From assembly GCA_937917505.1 (NCBI GenBank), contig CALDMQ010000063.1, forward strand, positions 1 to 30,356: DNA of 30,356 bases, written 5' to 3'. The notes beneath the pieces are model-generated. The model searched no databases. It was not told the DNA's origin and worked only from the letters and a program-made list of their open reading frames with translations. How positions within the stretch are numbered: the stretch's first letter is position 1; every line of letters begins with the position of its first letter. Positions 1-9,881 of the stretch are shown piece after piece. The DNA comes from an uncultured Erysipelotrichaceae bacterium. Lineage in GTDB: Bacteria; Bacillota_I; Bacilli_A; Erysipelotrichales; Coprobacillaceae. Both the position numbers and the translations under genes were made by a program.

Positions 1-23
1 TTCATGACCACAATCAATCACTC

Positions 24-1874
24 CTATTTTCTTTCGACTTCTTCCATGATATAACCTTCAATGATATCTCCTTCTTTGATATCATTATAGTTTTCAATTG
101 TCATACCACATTCATATCCAGTTGAAACCTCTTTAGCATCATCTTTAAAACGTTTTAAAGAAGCTAATTTACCTTCATAAATCACAACGCCATCACGAAT
201 CAAACGAATACCACAATCTCTTTTGATATATCCATCAGTCACATAACATCCTGCAATATTACCAACTTTAGAAACTTTGATAACTTGTCTAATTTCAGCT
301 TGTCCAGTAATAACTTCTTCATATTCAGGAGCTAACATACCTTTCATAGCTGCTTCAATTTCTTCTACCATCTTATAAATGATGTTATGAAGTCTAATTT
401 CAATACCTTCTTCTTCAGCTTTACGTCTAACATTTGCGTCAGGACGTACATTGAAACCATAGATGATTGCTCTTGAAGCACTTGCTAATAAGACATCAGA
501 TTCACTGATAGCACCAACAGTTGAACGAATAACATTGATTCTTGCACCATCAATATCAATCTTTTCTAATGATCCTTTCACTGCTTCAGCAGTACCGTTT
601 ACATCAGCTTTAACAATGATATTTAAATCTGCCACTTCACCTTCTTTAATTTGATTAAATAAGTCATCTAAACTCATCGCAGAAGATGTGGTACGATTTT
701 CTAATTGTTTTGCTTTTTGGCGTTCTTCACCAACATGTCTTGCCATTTTTTCAGTTTCGAATGCCATAAACTTATCACCAGCCACAGGAACTTCATTTAA
801 ACCTGTAATTTCTACTGGAGTTGAAGGAGATGCTTCTTTTAGCTTACGTCCATTGTCATCTAGCATTTGACGAACACGTCCAAATGCAGTACCAACAACA
901 ATTGGATCTCCTTCTCGAAGTGTACCATTTTGAACTAATAAAGTTGCAACAGGCCCACGCCCTTTATCTAGTCTACCCTCAACAACGCTACCATATGCAT
1001 AACGTTTAGGATTTGCTTTTAAATCTGCCAATTCAGCAATAACTGTTAATGTTTCGAGTAATTCTTCAACACCAATTCCTTTTTTTGCAGAGATATTACA
1101 ATAAACAGTATCTCCACCCCATTCTTCAGGCATAAGTCCAATCTCACTCATTTCACCTTTAATACGTTCAGGATCAGCACCATCTTTATCAATCTTATTA
1201 ACAGCAACAACAATTGGTACACCTGCTGCTAGAGCATGGTCTACCGCTTCTTTTGTTTGAGGCATAACACCATCATCCGCAGCAACAACAATAATAACAA
1301 TATCTGTAATTTGAGCACCTCTTGCACGCATCGCAGTAAAAGCTTCATGTCCTGGCGTATCTAAGAAAGTAACTTTCTTTCCTTTAACATTCACTTGGTA
1401 AGCACCAATATGTTGTGTGATTCCACCAAATTCACCTTCAACAACTCTTGATTTACGAATATAATCTAGCAATGTTGTTTTTCCATGGTCAACATGTCCC
1501 ATAATTGTAACAACAGGAGCACGGCTTTGTAAATCTTCTTCATTATCAACAATTTCAATATCTTCGAAATTAATTTCATTAACTACAACTTTCTTTTTCG
1601 CTTCATATCCATATTCCAAACAAATTAATTCAACTTGTTCATCATCTAATGAAGAATTGATTGTAACCATAGTTCCAAGCATAAATAAAACTTTAATCAC
1701 ATTTGCAGGCGTTTGCCCAATCATTTCAGCTAAATCACCAACAGTAATACCTTCTTCATATTCAACAATCCCATCACCAATTTTCTTTTCTTCTTTTTGT
1801 TTGACTGGGATATTAGAAATCAATTTTTTCTTTTGATTTCCTTTCTTCTTATTCACTGTATTCTTTTTTGCCAT
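24..1874 (-). CDS. infB: Translation initiation factor IF-2 (short N-terminus, 616 aa)
   Basis: G-domain motifs [13 protein letters not shown] and NKID; typical C-terminal domains; last gene of rimP-nusA-ylxR-ylxQ-infB. Confidence 0.98.
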   Translation of the reverse strand: MAKKNTVNKKKGNQKKKLISNIPVKQKEEKKIGDGIVEYEEGITVGDLAEMIGQTPANVIKVLFMLGTMVTINSSLDDEQVELICLEYGYEAKKKVVVNEINFEDIEIVDNEEDLQSRAPVVTIMGHVDHGKTTLLDYIRKSRVVEGEFGGITQHIGAYQVNVKGKKVTFLDTPGHEAFTAMRARGAQITDIVIIVVAADDGVMPQTKEAVDHALAAGVPIVVAVNKIDKDGADPERIKGEMSEIGLMPEEWGGDTVYCNISAKKGIGVEELLETLTVIAELADLKANPKRYAYGSVVEGRLDKGRGPVATLLVQNGTLREGDPIVVGTAFGRVRQMLDDNGRKLKEASPSTPVEITGLNEVPVAGDKFMAFETEKMARHVGEERQKAKQLENRTTSSAMSLDDLFNQIKEGEVADLNIIVKADVNGTAEAVKGSLEKIDIDGARINVIRSTVGAISESDVLLASASRAIIYGFNVRPDANVRRKAEEEGIEIRLHNIIYKMVEEIEAAMKGMLAPEYEEVITGQAEIRQVIKVSKVGNIAGCYVTDGYIKRDCGIRLIRDGVVIYEGKLASLKRFKDDAKEVSTGYECGMTIENYNDIKEGDIIEGYIMEEVERK

Positions 1875-1878
1875 AATA

Positions 1879-2181
1879 TCAACCTCCTAACTTTGATTTG
1901 ATTTTATCTGCAAAACCTTTTTCCATAATTCCCACAGCTACACGATTATCTTTAGCAATCGCTAATGATAAATCATCACTTATTAAAGAAATTATGTAAT
2001 CTATTTGATAAAAATGACATTTATCAGTTAACTTCTTTTTTGTATTTTCGCTTGCATTTTCACAAATGATGACATAAAAAACTTTCTTTTTACGAATATC
2101 TTCAATTAATTGACTTCCATGAGATAATTTTCTTGCTCTGGCACATAAACCAAGTAAAGAATAAACTTCTTTATTTGGCAT
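1879..2181 (-). CDS. ylxQ: L7Ae/L30e-family RNA-binding protein (YlxQ)
   Basis: [11 protein letters not shown]...ASENTKKKL pattern; conserved position between ylxR and infB. Confidence 0.9.
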   Translation of the reverse strand: MPNKEVYSLLGLCARARKLSHGSQLIEDIRKKKVFYVIICENASENTKKKLTDKCHFYQIDYIISLISDDLSLAIAKDNRVAVGIMEKGFADKIKSKLGG

Positions 2182-2425
2182 ATGTTTTTAGCTCCTCATA
2201 AATTTCATCAGGAATATCAACTTCTAAAGCACGTTTTAATAAAGCTTTTTTTTCAGCAATTTCAATAGCTTCAATACTTCTTTTCAAATAAGCTCCACGC
2301 CCATTCATTTTACCTGTTGCATCCACAAAAACTTCTCCTTCTTTGTTTCTCACAACACGAATTAATTCTTTTTTAGGCAATTGTTCTTGTGTAGCAATAC
2401 ATTTTCTTAAAGGTATTTTTTTCAT
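2171..2425 (-). CDS. ylxR: YlxR/RnpM family RNA-binding protein (DUF448)
   Basis: PLRKC...KKELIRVVR...GRGAY motifs. Start moved to the ATG at 2425, which has SD GAGGTG at 2432-2437. Confidence 0.93.
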   Translation of the reverse strand: MKKIPLRKCIATQEQLPKKELIRVVRNKEGEVFVDATGKMNGRGAYLKRSIEAIEIAEKKALLKRALEVDIPDEIYEELKTYAK

Positions 2426-2436
2426 AAAAATCACCT

Positions 2437-3798
2437 CTACTTTTCATCATAGTATTTGTCAAATTCATCATAATCAATATCTTCATCGTATTTAGGATCA
2501 TAATCATATTCTTCATATTCATAATCATCATCTTCATCATATTCTTCGTCATATTGATCATCTTCTGTCACTTCTACGTTTTCAGTTTCAACATCTTCAT
2601 CAGCAACAGTTTCTTCGATTTCTTCTTCTACAACTTCTTCAAAAACTTCGTCGAAAGTTTCTTCTACTGGTAATACTTCTTCAACAACATCTTCTTGAAT
2701 CATTTCTTCTTCAAATGCTTTATTGAATTCAACATCTTGTCCATAAAGAATACCTTCTTCATTAGCTTCTGTTACAGATTTGATATCAATCTTCCAGCCA
2801 GTTAAATGAACAGCTAATTTCGCATTTTGACCTCTTTTACCAATTGCAAGTGACAATTGATTATCAGGAACAATAACTAACGCTTCTTTCTTTTCATTAT
2901 TCACTTCTACACTTACAACTTTAGAAGGAGATAGTGCATGAGAAATAAAGACAACAGGATCTTCATCCCATTCAATAATATCAATCATTTCACCATTTAA
3001 TTCATTAACCACATTACGTACACGTGTTCCTTTAGGACCAACACATGCACCAATTGGATCAACATTTTCATTGTTTGTATAAACAGCAATCTTACTACGT
3101 TCACCCGCTTCACGAGAAACAGCACGAATTTCAACAGTTCCATCATAAATTTCAGGAACTTCCATTTCAAATAAACGTTTTACTAATCCTGGCTCAGTTC
3201 TAGAAACACCAATATGAGTTCCTTTTGTATTTCTTTCTACATCGCTCACATAAACTTTAATTCTTTGACCTTCATAAATCTTTTCACCAGGAATTTGATG
3301 ATTAATTGGAAGTAAAGCTCCCGTTCTTCCAATATTAATGATTGCAAAGCGATCTTCAACACGATCAACAATTCCAGTAATAATATCATCTTTTTTATCA
3401 ATAAAATCATTAAACAATGTTTCTTTTTCAGCTTCTCTAATTTTTTGTTTTAATAATTGTTTTGTTTGAATAGCTGCTAAACGTCCAAAGACTTCAGGAT
3501 CAACTTCTGTTACAACTTCATCTCCAACTTGATATTTTGGATTAATCATTTGTGCTTCTTCTAAAGATAATTCATAATCTTCATCATTGACATCATCAAC
3601 AACATGTTTAATTTCATATAAACGAATTTTTCCAGTTTTTTCATTAATTTCAACACGAATAATAGATTCACTACCTGCATAGTTCTTTTTATATGATTTT
3701 TCTAATGCCTCTTTTAATGCACCTAAAACAACTTCTTTTTGAATCCCTTTTTCACTTTCTAATAATTCTAAAGCTTGAATAAACTTTTTACTAGCCAT
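2437..3798 (-). CDS. nusA: Transcription termination/antitermination factor NusA with a long acidic C-terminal tail
   Basis: FGRLAAIQTKQ, S1 domain, KH motifs (GACVGPKG, AIGKRGQN, LTGWKIDIKS); SD GGAGG upstream. Confidence 0.97.
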   Translation of the reverse strand: MASKKFIQALELLESEKGIQKEVVLGALKEALEKSYKKNYAGSESIIRVEINEKTGKIRLYEIKHVVDDVNDEDYELSLEEAQMINPKYQVGDEVVTEVDPEVFGRLAAIQTKQLLKQKIREAEKETLFNDFIDKKDDIITGIVDRVEDRFAIINIGRTGALLPINHQIPGEKIYEGQRIKVYVSDVERNTKGTHIGVSRTEPGLVKRLFEMEVPEIYDGTVEIRAVSREAGERSKIAVYTNNENVDPIGACVGPKGTRVRNVVNELNGEMIDIIEWDEDPVVFISHALSPSKVVSVEVNNEKKEALVIVPDNQLSLAIGKRGQNAKLAVHLTGWKIDIKSVTEANEEGILYGQDVEFNKAFEEEMIQEDVVEEVLPVEETFDEVFEEVVEEEIEETVADEDVETENVEVTEDDQYDEEYDEDDDYEYEEYDYDPKYDEDIDYDEFDKYYDEK

Positions 3799-3813
3799 TT
3801 TTATTTATCCTCC

Positions 3814-4275
3814 TTAAAACTTAACAGCTAATCGAATAAATGCAACGTTACTATATGATATGTTACATTTCTTCTTAATATTTTTAACCATATATTGAAG
3901 TTCAATATCTTCTCCTTCAACATTTAAAATAGTTCCATAAACTTCATCCATACCTTGAGTTGGATTAACAAATTGAATATAAACATATTCACCAATAGAA
4001 GCTTGAACTTTTTCTAACGTTTTTAAAGTTTTTTCTACCCCTGGAGATGAGACTTCAAGATAATATTCATTTTTTATCAAATCAACTTCGTCTAGCTTTT
4101 CACTAATTGCCTCACTCACAGCAACACACGTATCCATATCTAAATGACCTTGATTCATCTCAATATAAATTCTTAAATACCACTCATTCTTTTCTTGAAC
4201 ATATTCAATATCATCCAGATAAACATCATGCTCATCTAGGATAGGTTGAATCAATTCTGTGATTTTTTCTAACAT
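3814..4275 (-). CDS. rimP: Ribosome maturation factor RimP
   Basis: LRIYI...C..VS..IS..LD...Y.LEVSSPG motif. ATG at 4275 with SD GGAGG at 4281-4285. Confidence 0.95.
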   Translation of the reverse strand: MLEKITELIQPILDEHDVYLDDIEYVQEKNEWYLRIYIEMNQGHLDMDTCVAVSEAISEKLDEVDLIKNEYYLEVSSPGVEKTLKTLEKVQASIGEYVYIQFVNPTQGMDEVYGTILNVEGEDIELQYMVKNIKKKCNISYSNVAFIRLAVKF

Positions 4276-4291
4276 AAACGCCTCCATTCTC

Positions 4292-4321
4292 AAATATAAA
4301 CGAGAGGGTTTCCCCTCTCGT
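4292..4321 (-). promoter_or_regulatory. rimP-leader terminator/attenuator hairpin
   Basis: Minus strand reads ACGAGAGGG-GAAA-CCCTCTCGT followed by TTATATTT, between the promoter and the rimP SD. Matches the known conserved rimP leader hairpin in position and form. Confidence 0.75.
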
Positions 4322-4347
4322 GTCTTTGCGATTCATACTACAATAAT

Positions 4348-4376
4348 ACTATACCATACTTTATCATAAAAAACAA
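4348..4376 (-). promoter_or_regulatory. Putative sigmaA promoter of the rimP-nusA-infB operon
   Basis: TTGTTT (4376-4371), 17 bp spacer, TATAGT (4353-4348) with an extended -10 TG. Confidence 0.65.
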
Positions 4377-4386
4377 TGATTTTATC

Positions 4387-4408
4387 GAAGTTATTAGAAG
4401 TTATTAGA
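4387..4408. repeat. 10-bp tandem direct repeat (GAAGTTATTA x2.2)
   Basis: gaagttatta gaagttatta ga between the polC stop and the rimP -35 element. Confidence 0.7.
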
Positions 4409-4413
4409 TTTTT

Positions 4414-5976
4414 CTAAAAATCAAATAATGATAATTGATTTTCATTAGACATATGACTAAATACTCCCATACGTGTTAAAACATCAATATGTGTATTTGT
4501 TAATTTAGTACGTTTCATAACATCTTCTTTCGATAAAAAGTCATTTTCTTGACGCGCTTCAATGACACTATCACCTACGGAACTTCCTAAACCATCAATA
4601 GATATAAATGGTGGTAAAATTCCATAATCATCATCAGGATCAATAATAAATTGGCGAGATGCTGATTTTTCAATAGAGATATTGTTAAAATGATATCCTC
4701 TTTCAAACATTTCCAATGCTATTTCGTAAACTGAAATCAATGCTTCTTCTTTATTAGAAATCTTTATTCCGTTTTGTTTATCCGCTAAAATTTTTTGATA
4801 CTTTGTATATACAGTTTCTTTTCCTTGAATTAAAGTTTCAATATCATAAGCATCACAACGTGTTGTAAAATAAACAGAATAGTATTCTCTAGGATAATAA
4901 AGTTTCCACCAAGCTACACGAACCGCACTCAACACATATGCTGCAGCATGAGCTTTAGGGAACATGTATTTGATTTTTTTACATGATTCGATATACCAAG
5001 TTGGAACATCATGTTTACGCATTAATTCTTCATATTTCTTTTCTGGAAATACAGATGGTGATTTTCCTTTACGTACACATTCCATAATATCAAATGCATC
5101 TTTATTTGGTAACCCTTTTTCAATTAAATAAACCATGATATCATCACGACAACCAATAACTTCTTTTAACGTACAGGTTCCTGAAGAAATCAATGTTTCT
5201 GCATTTCCTAAATAAACATCAGTACCATGTGATAATCCAGATATAATAACCAAATCATTAAATGAAGTTGGATGTGTTTGTTCTAACATACCTCTAACAA
5301 ATTTCGTACCAAACTCAGGTAATCCTAATGCACCTGTTTTACAATTCAAATAACTTAAATCAATCTCAAGTTCTTTAGTAGATGTAAACAAACTCATAAC
5401 ACGTTGGTCGTTAGTTGGAATATCTTTTGGATTCACACCAGTTAAGTCCTGTAACATACGAATAACTGTTGGATCGACGTGTCCTAAAATATCAAATTTT
5501 AAAACATTATCATGAATTGCATGGAAGTCGAAGTGAGTCGTTTTCCATTCCGCTGATAAATCATCTGCGGGATATTGATATGGTGTAAAATCAAAGACAT
5601 CCATATTTTCAGGAATAACAATAATACCACCAGGATGCTGTCCTGTAGTACGTTTTACCCCAGTACATCCTTTCGCAATTCTTTCAAGTTCAGCATTTCG
5701 AATTGTATTTTCTCTACCCATGAGTTCTGCATATCCTCTGGCATAACCATATGCTGTCTTCTCTGCAACAGTTGAAATTGTACCTGCTCGATAGACATGA
5801 CTTTCACCAAAAATTTCTTTTGTATAAGCATGTGCAGTTGGTTGGTAATCGCCTGAAAAGTTTAAGTCAATATCAGGAACTTTATCTGCATTAAATCCCA
5901 AGAAGGTTTCAAATGGAATATTGTGTCCATCTCCTTTTAATGGTTTTCCACATTTTGGACAAGCTTTATTTGGCAA
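4414..5976 (-). CDS. polC: DNA polymerase III PolC, C-terminal part (in frame with the upstream part across the TAG at 6019-6021)
   Basis: [46 protein letters not shown] and C-terminal QLSLF clamp-binding motif. The open frame continues upstream to 6018. Confidence 0.93.
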   Translation of the reverse strand: MPNKACPKCGKPLKGDGHNIPFETFLGFNADKVPDIDLNFSGDYQPTAHAYTKEIFGESHVYRAGTISTVAEKTAYGYARGYAELMGRENTIRNAELERIAKGCTGVKRTTGQHPGGIIVIPENMDVFDFTPYQYPADDLSAEWKTTHFDFHAIHDNVLKFDILGHVDPTVIRMLQDLTGVNPKDIPTNDQRVMSLFTSTKELEIDLSYLNCKTGALGLPEFGTKFVRGMLEQTHPTSFNDLVIISGLSHGTDVYLGNAETLISSGTCTLKEVIGCRDDIMVYLIEKGLPNKDAFDIMECVRKGKSPSVFPEKKYEELMRKHDVPTWYIESCKKIKYMFPKAHAAAYVLSAVRVAWWKLYYPREYYSVYFTTRCDAYDIETLIQGKETVYTKYQKILADKQNGIKISNKEEALISVYEIALEMFERGYHFNNISIEKSASRQFIIDPDDDYGILPPFISIDGLGSSVGDSVIEARQENDFLSKEDVMKRTKLTNTHIDVLTRMGVFSHMSNENQLSLFDF

Positions 5977-6018
5977 GTCATATCCGTTAGCAATTTCTCC
6001 CTCTTCTAAAAATGCGTT

Positions 6019-8241
6019 CTATTGCCAATGAGGACAATAATAATGTGGTGGCAATGGATTAACTTCTGAGATATTTGCCATTGTTGCAACGAATGATGAA
6101 CCAACAGATCCACGGCTCCCTACAAGATACCCAGCTTCATTTGATTTCTTAACCAGTTTATGAGCAATATAATAAATAACTCCAAACCCATGCTTGATAA
6201 TATTATCAAGCTCTTTTGTGAGACGTTTTTCAACAATTTTAGGTAAAACTTCTCCATATTGTTTATGTGCATTATCAAAACATAATTTCCTTAAATTTTC
6301 ATCAGCATTATCAATGTGTGGTGTAAATAACTTATCATGGACAACATGGAATGTCCCATCTACCATATCAGCAATCTTATTCGTATTTTCTATAACATAT
6401 TCATACTTTTCCTCATCAGTTAGATAAGGTAAACTATCTATCATTTCCTGAGTTGTTCTAAAATATTCATTTGGTGTCCATGCCTCAGGATTGTGACGGT
6501 CAGTTAATGGATGCAATGCTCCTCCTAATCCAATCTTTGGATTACAAGTAAAGACATCCCTAAATATCTTGTCATTTTCATCAACATAATGAACATCACC
6601 AGTCGCAACAATCATTTTACCCATTTCTTTTGCTGTATCAACAATACGCCTTAAAACCCGAACTAAATCTTCATCACTATCAATGCGTCCTCGTTCTACA
6701 AAATAACGACATATATCAAAAGGTAAAATTTCTATGTAATCATAAAATGAAATAGCCTTCTTTAACTCTTCTAAACTTCTAGTCATAGCCAAATCAAATA
6801 ATTCAGAGTTATAACATCCACTACCAAATAATAATCCATCTCGATAATGTTCTAGACGTTCACGAGGTATACGTGGTGTTTTTTCAAAATATGTCGTATT
6901 TGATTCTGATACAAGTTGAAACATATTTTTTAAACCTGTTTTATTTAATGCTAAAACATTCATATGTTTTGGTCTGACAATTTTATAAGCATTAGGACAT
7001 TCTATTTGATTCATATCCAAAAGATTATAATATTGTTTTTGCATTAAATCATGTAACATCATATTAAAGACACCGGCTAATACATCAGCATCATAATCCG
7101 CTCTATGTGCAGCATCTCCATCATAAGGAATACGATAATATCTTGCGACATTTCCTAAACGATATCCTTTTAAATCAGGCAATAATTTCCATGCAAGTGT
7201 TTGTGAATCAATAGCAGGATTTTTTAATGGTTCTTGACCATATCTTTTTAAAATTTCATTTAAAAAACCGACATCAAATGTCGCATTATGTGCAACAATC
7301 ACATCATCTTTAAAAAAATCTAAAATCTTTGGTAAGAATTCTTCAATAGTTGGTGCATCTTTGACATCTTCATTTGTAATATGAGTTAGTTGTGTAATTT
7401 TATCAGAAATGCGTTTATGTGGTTTGATTAAACTTTGCAAACGTCCTATTTCTTGACCATTTTGATAACGAACTGCACCGAATTCAGTAATATCATCATC
7501 CATAACAGATAAACCTGTTGTTTCAAGGTCAAATGAAACATAAGTTAAATTGTTTAAAGGTATATCTTTCTCATTAAATACAACTGTAAACGATGGATCA
7601 ATCATATACATTTCAACACCATAAATCATCTTAATCTTGTGTTTTAAACTTGCCATTTGAGCTTCAGGAAAAGATTGAACATTTCCATGGTCAGTAATGG
7701 CAATAGCTTGATGTCCCCAATAAGCAGCACGTGCTACATAGTCGCTCACACTTCCAATACCATCCATGGCAGACATTTTAGTATGCATATGTAATTCAAT
7801 ACGTTTCTTTTCGGCGTTATCTTGGCGGACTTTTGGTGAAGGAATAACTTCTACTTCTCTAGCCATAATAACTGTATCCCTAGCAAAAGTATCATATTCC
7901 ACAACACCTTTCACACGCACCCATACGCCACCTTTTTTGACTTTATTCATTTCTTCAAGGCTATTTCCACCTTTGTTTTCAAATCTTTTCACGACGATAC
8001 TATTTGTGTAATCTGTCACAAATAATTGTTGAATTGTTTTACCAGTTTTAACTTTTATAGATTCCTCTTTAAAGACATATCCTTGAATCATGACATCTTT
8101 AACAGTTTCATCAATTTCATCAATTGTAAGCGAAAAATATTCTTTTTTAAATCCTTGATATTTTGATTTTGGTGGCATAGGTTTTGCTTCAACTTCTGGA
8201 ATAATTGACTCATCAATTTGAACTTCATTTAAAGTATTCAT
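6019..8241 (-). CDS. polC: DNA polymerase III PolC, central part (OB, PHP and 3'-5' exonuclease domains)
   Basis: ELHMHTKMS, AITDHG, exonuclease motifs FDLETTG, AHNATFD and HRADYD, then VGSRGSVGSS and NPLPPHY. The frame stays open upstream to 8313. Confidence 0.93.
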   Translation of the reverse strand: MNTLNEVQIDESIIPEVEAKPMPPKSKYQGFKKEYFSLTIDEIDETVKDVMIQGYVFKEESIKVKTGKTIQQLFVTDYTNSIVVKRFENKGGNSLEEMNKVKKGGVWVRVKGVVEYDTFARDTVIMAREVEVIPSPKVRQDNAEKKRIELHMHTKMSAMDGIGSVSDYVARAAYWGHQAIAITDHGNVQSFPEAQMASLKHKIKMIYGVEMYMIDPSFTVVFNEKDIPLNNLTYVSFDLETTGLSVMDDDITEFGAVRYQNGQEIGRLQSLIKPHKRISDKITQLTHITNEDVKDAPTIEEFLPKILDFFKDDVIVAHNATFDVGFLNEILKRYGQEPLKNPAIDSQTLAWKLLPDLKGYRLGNVARYYRIPYDGDAAHRADYDADVLAGVFNMMLHDLMQKQYYNLLDMNQIECPNAYKIVRPKHMNVLALNKTGLKNMFQLVSESNTTYFEKTPRIPRERLEHYRDGLLFGSGCYNSELFDLAMTRSLEELKKAISFYDYIEILPFDICRYFVERGRIDSDEDLVRVLRRIVDTAKEMGKMIVATGDVHYVDENDKIFRDVFTCNPKIGLGGALHPLTDRHNPEAWTPNEYFRTTQEMIDSLPYLTDEEKYEYVIENTNKIADMVDGTFHVVHDKLFTPHIDNADENLRKLCFDNAHKQYGEVLPKIVEKRLTKELDNIIKHGFGVIYYIAHKLVKKSNEAGYLVGSRGSVGSSFVATMANISEVNPLPPHYYCPHWQ

Positions 8242-8297
8242 TTCCTCTTGAATAGATTGATATTCTTTATTATTTGTATCAATAAAAGCTTCAAATC

Positions 8298-8759
8298 CTA
8301 TTTGAATACCGAATTAAACAACATAAATCCATTTTCAGATACTTTACTAAAATATTTATCAAAAATCTTATATAAATGTTCTAATTGTGTGTATTGAATT
8401 TCATTAAGCACTTCAATTTTTAAAGTATTTTCTTCAAACGATAAATGATTTTCTTTAATATAACTAATTTGAGGAAAACGTTTTTTTAATCCATCAAAAA
8501 TAAATAATGCATATTCTAAAACATCTTGGGATGTATATGATGACATCCAATCAAAAATAAAATCACAAGGATAAGGAAATTTTGCTTTTGCCAAGAAAAG
8601 AAGTCGAACTTCATTTAATGGTACAATACGTGTAGATGAAATATAAAAAACATAAGAATTATCTTTATTGACAACAACACGATCGATTGTTGCTTTTTTT
8701 AGTTCATTTAATTCATCTTGAATATGCAATTGTTCTAATAAAATAAGCATTTGATTCAT
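8298..8759 (-). CDS. polC: DNA polymerase III PolC, N-terminal part (frameshifted by an apparent 29-nt insertion)
   Basis: ATG at 8759 with SD GGAGG. Removing 8314-8342 joins it in frame to the central part and gives a reconstructed protein of 1438 aa. Confidence 0.8.
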   Translation of the reverse strand: MNQMLILLEQLHIQDELNELKKATIDRVVVNKDNSYVFYISSTRIVPLNEVRLLFLAKAKFPYPCDFIFDWMSSYTSQDVLEYALFIFDGLKKRFPQISYIKENHLSFEENTLKIEVLNEIQYTQLEHLYKIFDKYFSKVSENGFMLFNSVFK

Positions 8760-8779
8760 TATAATCCTCCCCTTGATAC

Positions 8780-8802
8780 AAAAAGGATAGAAGTTCTATC
8801 CT
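8780..8802 (-). terminator. Putative intrinsic terminator after rseP
   Basis: Minus strand AGGATAGAA-C-TTCTATCCT followed by TTTT; overlaps the rseP stop codon. Confidence 0.55.
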
Positions 8803-9881
8803 AACATTCTCATAATATCTTGATAAGTGACAAATACCATTAATAATAATACAAGTCCTAATCCTATCATTTGTAAAGTTAATTTTAATTTTTGTGGTAG
8901 TTCTCTACCAACAGCTTTTTCTACTAATGCAAATAAGATTTGACAACCATCAAGTCCTGGAATTGGTAATAAGTTAAAAATCCCAACATTAATAGAGAGC
9001 ATCGCAAGTAAATTAAAAATATATTGAACCTGTCCAGCTTGCGTTACCTCTGCAGTAATTTGATAAATACCGGCTGGACCAGATAATTGTGTTACAGTTT
9101 CTGAAAACTTTGTCACAAGTTGAGCTAAAGCAGAAAATATTGCTGTACTCATTTGTCCAAAAGAAACAAATGTATATTGGAAAGCTTCTGCTATGCTCAT
9201 ATCACGCGTTGCTTGTAATACACCTAAAATATATCGTCCTTCACCCTCGTTATAAGAAACTTTCATTTCAAGTTCTTGAGGCTGACCATCGCGTTCAAAA
9301 TTCATGACAATTGTAATTTCTTGGCGATCAGTTTTCACTTTTTCTTTTGTTAAAGATATATCTTTAAAATCAGAAACAAGAATTTGTGCATTTGTTTCTT
9401 GAATAGTCATTTGTCTAATGACATCACCTTCACACATTCCGTAAATTTGAGCTGGAGAACCTTGTTCAATTTTTCCAATTTGAGCTTCGTTAACTCCAAT
9501 TTGCCCAGAAGTTACATAAACACCAAACAAAACAACAAACGCAAGAACAAAGTTCATAAAAACACCTGCAAAGAAAATAATCACTTTTTGATAAGTTTTT
9601 TTTCCTTTTAACGTTCTTTCTAATGGTATATCTTTTAATTCTTCATTCTCTAATTGATCTTCTTCTCCTGCCATTGCAACAAATCCACCAAAAGGAATAG
9701 CACGAATTTCATATTCAGTTTCTTTTCCTTTTTTAGACCAAATCTTTGGACCAAAACCCATTGAAAATTGAGCACAATAAACTCCAAAAAATTTAGCTGC
9801 TAAAAAATGCCCTAATTCATGAATAATAATAATTGATCCTAAAATTAACAAAAAGACTAAAATATTGATAATGTTTTGCAT
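8796..9881 (-). CDS. rseP: RIP metalloprotease RseP/RasP (M50 family)
   Basis: HELGH, AGVFMN, a PDZ-like segment, LSGPAGI and NLLPIPGLDG; follows dxr. Confidence 0.95.
   Translation of the reverse strand: MQNIINILVFLLILGSIIIIHELGHFLAAKFFGVYCAQFSMGFGPKIWSKKGKETEYEIRAIPFGGFVAMAGEEDQLENEELKDIPLERTLKGKKTYQKVIIFFAGVFMNFVLAFVVLFGVYVTSGQIGVNEAQIGKIEQGSPAQIYGMCEGDVIRQMTIQETNAQILVSDFKDISLTKEKVKTDRQEITIVMNFERDGQPQELEMKVSYNEGEGRYILGVLQATRDMSIAEAFQYTFVSFGQMSTAIFSALAQLVTKFSETVTQLSGPAGIYQITAEVTQAGQVQYIFNLLAMLSINVGIFNLLPIPGLDGCQILFALVEKAVGRELPQKLKLTLQMIGLGLVLLLMVFVTYQDIMRMLG

Noticed and set aside
1..23. Start of the gene downstream of infB
   Set aside because: An SD-like AGGAG and possible start codons are visible, but there is too little sequence to identify the gene.
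2373..2561. 62-aa Met/Asn/Lys-rich minus-strand ORF
   Set aside because: It is the alternative-frame reading of the GAT/GAA/TAT-rich nusA tail.
6019..6021. Genome-wide TAG reassignment or pyrrolysine-type recoding
   Set aside because: TAG is the normal stop of infB, nusA, polC, rseP, dxr and rpsB in this window. The polC TAG is flanked by other non-consensus changes.
8314..8342. polC insert as an intron, intein, IS/MITE or CRISPR repeat
   Set aside because: Only 29 nt long, single copy in the window, with no terminal inverted repeats or catalytic RNA structure. Kept only as an unexplained insertion.
8760..8795. Absence of proS between rseP and polC
   Set aside because: Ordinary synteny variation among Firmicutes; the intergenic region has a normal terminator and SD.
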